Part shown: positions 58,446-64,000 of the stretch, one piece after another
How the letters are laid out: the number at the start of each line of letters is the position of its first letter
How positions within the stretch are numbered: position 1 is the first letter of the stretch
Virus record (IMG/VR): IMGVR_UViG_3300031652_000001
DNA length: 64,000 nt
Source of the DNA: a virus
Reading direction: 5' to 3' (one strand)
Made by a program: the position numbers and the translations under genes
Notes under the pieces: generated by a model
Told to the model about the DNA's origin: nothing
The model's database searches: none
Seen by the model: the letters and a program-made list of their open reading frames with translations, nothing else

Positions 58446-58874
58446 CTACTTCATCTCCTTTTGACAAAGCTCAGCTATCTGTTCATCCAGTTTCTTCATC
58501 GCCAGAACAACATTCTCATGCCTAGTGACATGCTCTTTACTGTCGACATAAATACCAGTCGGAACATGGGTCACACGGACACACCTGGAATCCTCATTCA
58601 CTCCCTGACCAGAGTGCCGGAAGTAGTCGACACGGACATCATCATCGACCCCGCCATACGTCGCTGGATCACACGTGAAGCACCGGTTCCTGTACTTAGC
58701 CGGGTCCATGAACCTCGCCTCCGGATCTCCCTCGTATATCCTGACCATGATGCTGTTGCAGTTCGGACAGACACCCCCTATCCCTAGTTCCTCCGGCTTG
58801 GTCTTCCGGAATCTTCCATTTCCGGCGCGATAGATGATCCGCCTCCCTTGACCCTTCTTGTATGAACTTGGCAT
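58446..58874 (-). CDS. Zn-ribbon plus peptide-release-factor (GGQ-domain)-like protein
   Basis: DVRVDYFRHSGQGVN..S.CVRVTHVPTGI.V...R.EN matches the RF-1 domain, with SGQ in place of GGQ. Confidence 0.7.
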   Translation of the reverse strand: MPSSYKKGQGRRIIYRAGNGRFRKTKPEELGIGGVCPNCNSIMVRIYEGDPEARFMDPAKYRNRCFTCDPATYGGVDDDVRVDYFRHSGQGVNEDSRCVRVTHVPTGIYVDSKEHVTRHENVVLAMKKLDEQIAELCQKEMK

Positions 58875-58980
58875 CGCCTGACCTTTCCCTATTCCGAGTT
58901 CCCCGTCTTCTTCTCGCTCTGCTTCAAAAGGCGTGCAACTGTCTCCCTGCCTCCAATCTTCTCGAACATCCTCATATCGT

Positions 58981-59511
58981 CTACTCCTTCCTCTCTGGTT
59001 TCTCAGCAAACGGATGGTTCTTTGACCTCCCTCTCCTTTCACCGTCCATGCTTTCCCAGTCGCTGATGCAACACGCTGAGCCAACCTTGAACCGACTCAC
59101 AAGCAGGCTGCCATCTTTCCCTAGTGAACCGTCGCTCACATAGAGGTGACCACCTGGGCCACGAACAACTTCACCCTGCTTCGGAACCCAATCAGGATCC
59201 AGACCAACCTTCGCGCCATCGTCGCTGTCGTCCCTCACCCATTGACCGTCCACCTTCCTCCACCCGGACCTGGACACCATCGCTTCCTCGAAGTCGCTCG
59301 AACTCCACATCAGGTCACCGTTGAGCATCACCTCGATGCCGCCATCACGCATGGCGATCCCGAAACATCCCAGGTCTGTGATGATGCCTACCCCGTTGTA
59401 GACCTCTGTCAGCTCGACATCATGAGCCGCGTTGACATCAATCTCTGTCCATGTCGGTTCGTTACAATTCTCGGGATCGACTGCCTTCCCTATCCGTATT
59501 TTCATTATCAT
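58981..59511 (-). CDS. Hypothetical protein
   Basis: GAGGA RBS. Confidence 0.55.
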   Translation of the reverse strand: MIMKIRIGKAVDPENCNEPTWTEIDVNAAHDVELTEVYNGVGIITDLGCFGIAMRDGGIEVMLNGDLMWSSSDFEEAMVSRSGWRKVDGQWVRDDSDDGAKVGLDPDWVPKQGEVVRGPGGHLYVSDGSLGKDGSLLVSRFKVGSACCISDWESMDGERRGRSKNHPFAEKPERKE

Positions 59512-59602
59512 CCTCCTCTGTTATCTGGAGCCAACAAAGAAGACAGATATTCTCCCCATCGTACTTCGTCAGCTCCCGTATCTGTTGCACGGACCTATTT
59601 CT

Positions 59603-60007
59603 CTATTCGTCTCCATCCTGCTCCATGAGTTCTTCGGCATTGTGGTCCATTCCGCTACTGTTCTGAAGACGGTCAATCTCGGCAGCAATAAGCGCACCCG
59701 CCTTCACCAATAAGTCGACTCTCTCCTCTTTGGTATAAGTGTCGGGATCTGGAAGTACACTCGATATATTTATGCCGCCATACTCACGCCTCTTGTCCCT
59801 CCAATTATCAGGGAAAGGATCATAGAAGATCACACCAGTGGCTGTCTCCTCACTCATGAATATTCTCGTTGGGGCAGCATAGGCAATCGCCGCCAAAGAC
59901 AACTCTCCACTTTTGTGGTAATCATCATGAATAACGTCATAACCTTCTTCAACAATTTGACGGCCTCTCTCGGCAGCAATCAGCTCAACACCTGTTTTGT
60001 TTTTCAT
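59603..60007 (-). CDS. Conserved phage protein (AERxRQ...LVKAGALIAAEIDR family)
   Basis: Recognisable all-alpha phage family motif. Confidence 0.7.
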   Translation of the reverse strand: MKNKTGVELIAAERGRQIVEEGYDVIHDDYHKSGELSLAAIAYAAPTRIFMSEETATGVIFYDPFPDNWRDKRREYGGINISSVLPDPDTYTKEERVDLLVKAGALIAAEIDRLQNSSGMDHNAEELMEQDGDE

Positions 60008-60894
60008 CGAATATACCTTTCATTCTTCTCAGCTGACTTTATGAATGCAGGTCGCGCCCACATTCTCTGAAATCTTCTCCACCTATAGTCAGTCTCCCCG
60101 TCGCGCCCCCTCCACAACATCGCCATCGGAGTAAACCCAGCACGGACCGTTTTTCTGAGCCGCTCCTCAGCTGCCTCGATCGTATCCCGCTTGTACCCGA
60201 TGAGCACGTATGCCCTCAGTGTCTTGCTCGCCGTCGTCCACCCGGCCCCAAGGAGCTTCCTCCCGGCTTCGACCAAAGGCTCGTAATCATCCTCTGTGTC
60301 GTAGGCAAAGAACATCTGCTTCGGCCTGATCTCCCTGAGAAGCTCCACGTGCCAATCTCTAAGTCTCGCAGCCTCCAACCCACCGGTGAACTCAATCCTC
60401 TCCCCACGGTGCCTCTTAAGCATCGAGAACACTCCTCTGATGTGTTCCTCGGAACACGCCAGAAGATTATCATCGAGAATGTTCCTGCCATCAGTTATCG
60501 GAAGCTCCCGAATCCCTCCATCTCGCTTCCACACATCACAGAACCAACACCTATTCGGACACCCCCTAGAAGTGATGACGTACCCATACTTCACGTACAT
60601 GCCCGGAACAAAATCAAGCCCCATGGTCCCTATCGCCGGTCCACCAACCTTCACTGGTGCCACAGCCTCCCATTGCCTAGCCAACCACTCAGCATGAGGG
60701 ATGTCCCATGAAAACGTCACAGAGACATGAACCTCATCAACAGTCGGAGGGAACAATCCTGGCCCATCGAAAAACACCAGATTATCGCTTGGCGTTGCTA
60801 CTGTCTTCCTCGGGAATACCCTGGCTATTCTTGCAGCCATCCTCATCCTCTTCGCGAACACTAATCTTCGCGTAAAAATACGTCTTGTGAACAC
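60004..60894 (-). CDS. Radical SAM protein
   Basis: TSRGCPNRCWFC (CxxxCxxC) and LDDNLLA; true start probably MRMAARI. Confidence 0.85.
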   Translation of the reverse strand: MFTRRIFTRRLVFAKRMRMAARIARVFPRKTVATPSDNLVFFDGPGLFPPTVDEVHVSVTFSWDIPHAEWLARQWEAVAPVKVGGPAIGTMGLDFVPGMYVKYGYVITSRGCPNRCWFCDVWKRDGGIRELPITDGRNILDDNLLACSEEHIRGVFSMLKRHRGERIEFTGGLEAARLRDWHVELLREIRPKQMFFAYDTEDDYEPLVEAGRKLLGAGWTTASKTLRAYVLIGYKRDTIEAAEERLRKTVRAGFTPMAMLWRGRDGETDYRWRRFQRMWARPAFIKSAEKNERYIR

Positions 60895-60970
60895 CCAAGC
60901 TCAAGCCCACATCCAACACAGACTATTGACCCAAAAACCATCTCCTTGTCGGCAGGGTGGCTGTCAGTCC

Positions 60971-61294
60971 CTATCGAGCGAATTTTTCGAGCGCCGCCTT
61001 GCAGTATCTGTTTTCGTTCCATCGCCGATCCCAATACGGCTCGACATTCAGTGTCCCCTGCTGTAAAGCACTTTTTACCATATTCTCCCAATAGTCAGTC
61101 TCTCTGACCGCATGCCCATCTATCGATGAGCACACACCGACACAATCGCCGCCTTGTAGCGCGCATGTAATAGGATCGTGATCTTCCCGCCAGTACTTGG
61201 CGGACTCGACCCCATCAAGCATCTCATGCCCGTCGTCTCCGTCTACCCAGTATCCGCGCGTTTTGCTACAGTATACGTTTTCACAATAATGCAT
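60971..61294 (-). CDS. Hypothetical protein
   Basis: GGAG RBS. Confidence 0.5.
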   Translation of the reverse strand: MHYCENVYCSKTRGYWVDGDDGHEMLDGVESAKYWREDHDPITCALQGGDCVGVCSSIDGHAVRETDYWENMVKSALQQGTLNVEPYWDRRWNENRYCKAALEKFAR

Positions 61295-61372
61295 TTTCTT
61301 TCTCCATTGTTATGCCCTAGACAGGCAGCCAATCCCACCGGCCACTCTCGTGTCCGGCATGGTGGGTGTCAG

Positions 61373-61705
61373 TTACTTTTGCCTCAGTATTGTTAATACG
61401 TCATCAATTGGAACAGTTAGCCACCGATACTGTGGATAATACCCATTACGCTCAACAAGACCGCTCTGTGTCAACTCACAATCCCAATAGTGGAAAATCT
61501 TGCGAACGCCGGAATCAGTTCTCGATGCCGATTCGCGTGGATAGCCACGGGCATCGAGCTTATTAACACCATGCACAGTCGCAACAGGATGCCCATCCAC
61601 GATAACAAAGTCATATTGACATTCTGTTGCGGTATCAATTAATGATCTTACTGCATCGATACATGTGCATTTCAATTTATTTACTGGGTTAAATATACGT
61701 ACCAT
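61373..61705 (-). CDS. Hypothetical protein
   Basis: AGGAG RBS. Confidence 0.55.
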   Translation of the reverse strand: MVRIFNPVNKLKCTCIDAVRSLIDTATECQYDFVIVDGHPVATVHGVNKLDARGYPRESASRTDSGVRKIFHYWDCELTQSGLVERNGYYPQYRWLTVPIDDVLTILRQK

Positions 61706-62072
61706 TTTATTGTCTCCTTTTTGCTAATTATTTTGGCATCCAATGCGACCCACCTCTGTAGAGATAAGTCGGATGGAGATCAGTTAGTCAACGTCAATCC
61801 GTTTCTGAGCGCAGTAGCCAGTCAGTCTACCGCTTCTTCATGTGCAGACAATAATGGTAAATGCTCATGCAACGGAGCTAACTGCGTCCCGTAGTCATCC
61901 GCATAGACACATTGTAGAAGCACTAATCCAGCGCACTCTGGACTTCCAGTTTCTTCGTTTTCTTCCCATCGACAGTATACGTCTATCTTCCCTTGTGGGC
62001 CGTATGCTGGACATGATCCGCTAGATTGATACAGGTCACTTTCGTTAATTCTTTTTATTCTTATCATAATTA

Positions 62073-62459
62073 TCACTTTATTTTTAATACAAGCTTTTTG
62101 AATAGCTCCCACGAAATAGAAACCTTGCCGACCTCTGGGATGGCGATGGTCTCCTCTATCCCATTGGCCTGAGCAAATGCATCAACCTTCTGTTTGAAAG
62201 CAACTCCCTCAGCCCAAAGCTTCATCCAGGTATCCATGTTCTCATCATTGATTCTCTCAGACCTGCGATGAATCCTGAGATGAATCTCACACGCCGGTGT
62301 TCCGTCCTTTAGATTTCCCTTGGCCTTATTTCCACATGGGGTAGCCTTTGTCCCTCCTCTGTGGATAAGGACTTGACATCTCTCAACCGGCTCGACCTCT
62401 TCCTTTTTACTTGCCATCAGTTGCCCCTTTGATTTTTTTGCCGTCCGAAAACACGCCAT
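62073..62459 (-). CDS. Hypothetical protein
   Basis: C-C-C-H Zn-like pattern. Confidence 0.55.
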   Translation of the reverse strand: MACFRTAKKSKGQLMASKKEEVEPVERCQVLIHRGGTKATPCGNKAKGNLKDGTPACEIHLRIHRRSERINDENMDTWMKLWAEGVAFKQKVDAFAQANGIEETIAIPEVGKVSISWELFKKLVLKIK

Positions 62460-62681
62460 CAGCAGAGATTGTGATTACGCCGTAATAGTCAGGGTTAAAT
62501 TTCCCCTTCACGTATCGATCCCGTATTGATTCCCGTCTGTCCTCAGATATTGAGGATAGATATGCCTCAAAATCATCGACAGAAACATCAATATCGCCAC
62601 GGATATCAACAAGTATAATCCCTGAAGCTTCTTTTTTTTCATCGGACACACAAACCACTGGACACCTCCTCATTCATAATA

Positions 62682-62720
62682 AGGGTAAGACAAGGCAAAT
62701 GTGAAGTCAAGTTCACTTTT
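62682..62720 (-). promoter_or_regulatory. Phage promoter (GAAC-TTGACT family)
   Basis: TTGACT-17 nt-TACCCT. Confidence 0.6.
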
Positions 62721-62729
62721 TACCTGGTA

Positions 62730-63446
62730 TTAATCTTTTTGGGAATTCAGTTCTTTTTCAGCCGCATCGCCGACTTCTGGACTCACTATCTCCACCCGGA
62801 TACCAGGATGGATGATAACGATTTTAGTATCACGAAAAGCGTGCTTGAAACAAGAAAGAGTCAAAGAAGCATACTCCTCCCATTTTGGCATCATCGGGAT
62901 AGTGACCAAAATCACCTCACCTGGTTTAATGTCCATCCGTCGAACATCATTGAGCGCTATCATTTTGTCATTCGGTGGTGCTGGTGGAGGAACTGGCTTC
63001 ACAGCACCAACATCTTCCGGCCTCGGGTTTCCTTTCTTCATCTCTTCTCCTATTCGTTTGAAGCCAATCTTGGTAAGGTATCCATCCTTGAACGTCTCTG
63101 TACATCCAGTTCCAAAATGAACAACCCTTCCCTTTTCAAGGCTTGTTTCTACTTCGCCAATATAGCTATAACAATTCGACATACCAAAAGAGAAGGTGTC
63201 ATCCTCAGACGATACCAAAACCAAATCACCATTCTCTATCGGGCCATGCTCTTCAAATATCTCGACAATCATTAATTTATCATTGTCGAAAATACTCCCA
63301 AGAGCTTTATTGAAACGGACTCTGGATTTTCCACCATCATGAGGATAAAACTTACCAATACTATCCTCCCAATAGCTCTCTGGATCTGTAACGATCACCC
63401 ACACTACACCAGTCTGTTGAAGACTCTTTATGAAAGCATTCATCAA
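62730..63446 (-). CDS. Hypothetical protein
   Basis: 238-aa ORF. Confidence 0.6.
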   Translation of the reverse strand: MMNAFIKSLQQTGVVWVIVTDPESYWEDSIGKFYPHDGGKSRVRFNKALGSIFDNDKLMIVEIFEEHGPIENGDLVLVSSEDDTFSFGMSNCYSYIGEVETSLEKGRVVHFGTGCTETFKDGYLTKIGFKRIGEEMKKGNPRPEDVGAVKPVPPPAPPNDKMIALNDVRRMDIKPGEVILVTIPMMPKWEEYASLTLSCFKHAFRDTKIVIIHPGIRVEIVSPEVGDAAEKELNSQKD

Positions 63447-63635
63447 AAAATTCCTTTCAATATCTGACTATCAAGATGAGACCAAGGACAAAAAAAGATG
63501 CCAATACCAACACCAATAGCACCCCATGGATTTGCCAATACCTATTCTCACGCGCACGCTCACGCCTATATCGTTTAAGGTCCCCAAGATCATTTGGCCT
63601 CGGCGGTCTCGTATGTGGAAATTGTCCCATTCAAC

Positions 63636-63965
63636 CTACTGAGAAACCCTGTCTCGATAAGATGAAATCGTTTTCATCATATCAATACCACTCTCCAATA
63701 CCTCGATTTCTCCCTTGTGTTGCTCCATCATAATGATCATGGCGCCAATTAACGCTTGCTTCGAAAACCTAGTTGTTATCTCAACACCAAGGATTTTCCC
63801 AATTTGACCACTGTGCTCATTGAATTTTCTTTCAAGGACCTCCTCGACCGAACCGTTGAGCCCAGAAGCATCAACAACCTCCCCACGTTCTACCATTTGA
63901 CTCTCAGCAAATCTGTCCCCAATTTTACGGAGACAAGTCCGGCAATACACCAAACCATCGACCAT
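63636..63965 (-). CDS. Hypothetical protein
   Basis: ORF near the window end. Confidence 0.5.
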   Translation of the reverse strand: MVDGLVYCRTCLRKIGDRFAESQMVERGEVVDASGLNGSVEEVLERKFNEHSGQIGKILGVEITTRFSKQALIGAMIIMMEQHKGEIEVLESGIDMMKTISSYRDRVSQ

Positions 63966-64000
63966 AACCGAACAACCAATACTCCTACATTTATGAATGA

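Noticed and set aside
1-64000. Stop-codon reassignment
   Set aside because: Recognisable genes are full length in the standard code and end in TAA, TAG or TGA; no suppressor tRNA was found.

Overview
A 64-kb segment of a large tailed-phage (jumbo/T4-like-style) genome. Genes are densely packed, use the standard genetic code and lie almost all on the minus strand. The left end has an intein-containing large terminase. Next come a vWA/TROVE(Ro60)-like plus ARPP-type operon preceded by three Y-RNA-like structured RNAs (two carry embedded tRNA-like domains), an Asp-rich lipoprotein, and a large RNA-gene region (14 intact tRNAs, several aberrant tRNA-like genes, a tmRNA and unknown structured RNAs). 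The rest is a long run of small accessory genes. The standout locus is 43285-45412. A small RAMP/Cas7-like gene is followed by an 8-unit array in which a conserved 44-nt hairpin repeat alternates with tracts of strictly phased NN-GGA pentamers whose NN dinucleotides vary freely, and then an accessory gene. This looks like a compact repeat-encoded RNA-guided system rather than a CRISPR array. The window also holds degenerate second copies of head-assembly genes (a TerL ATPase paralog, a gp21-like protease and a major-capsid-like motif). All calls come from reading motifs by eye; no database searches were run.
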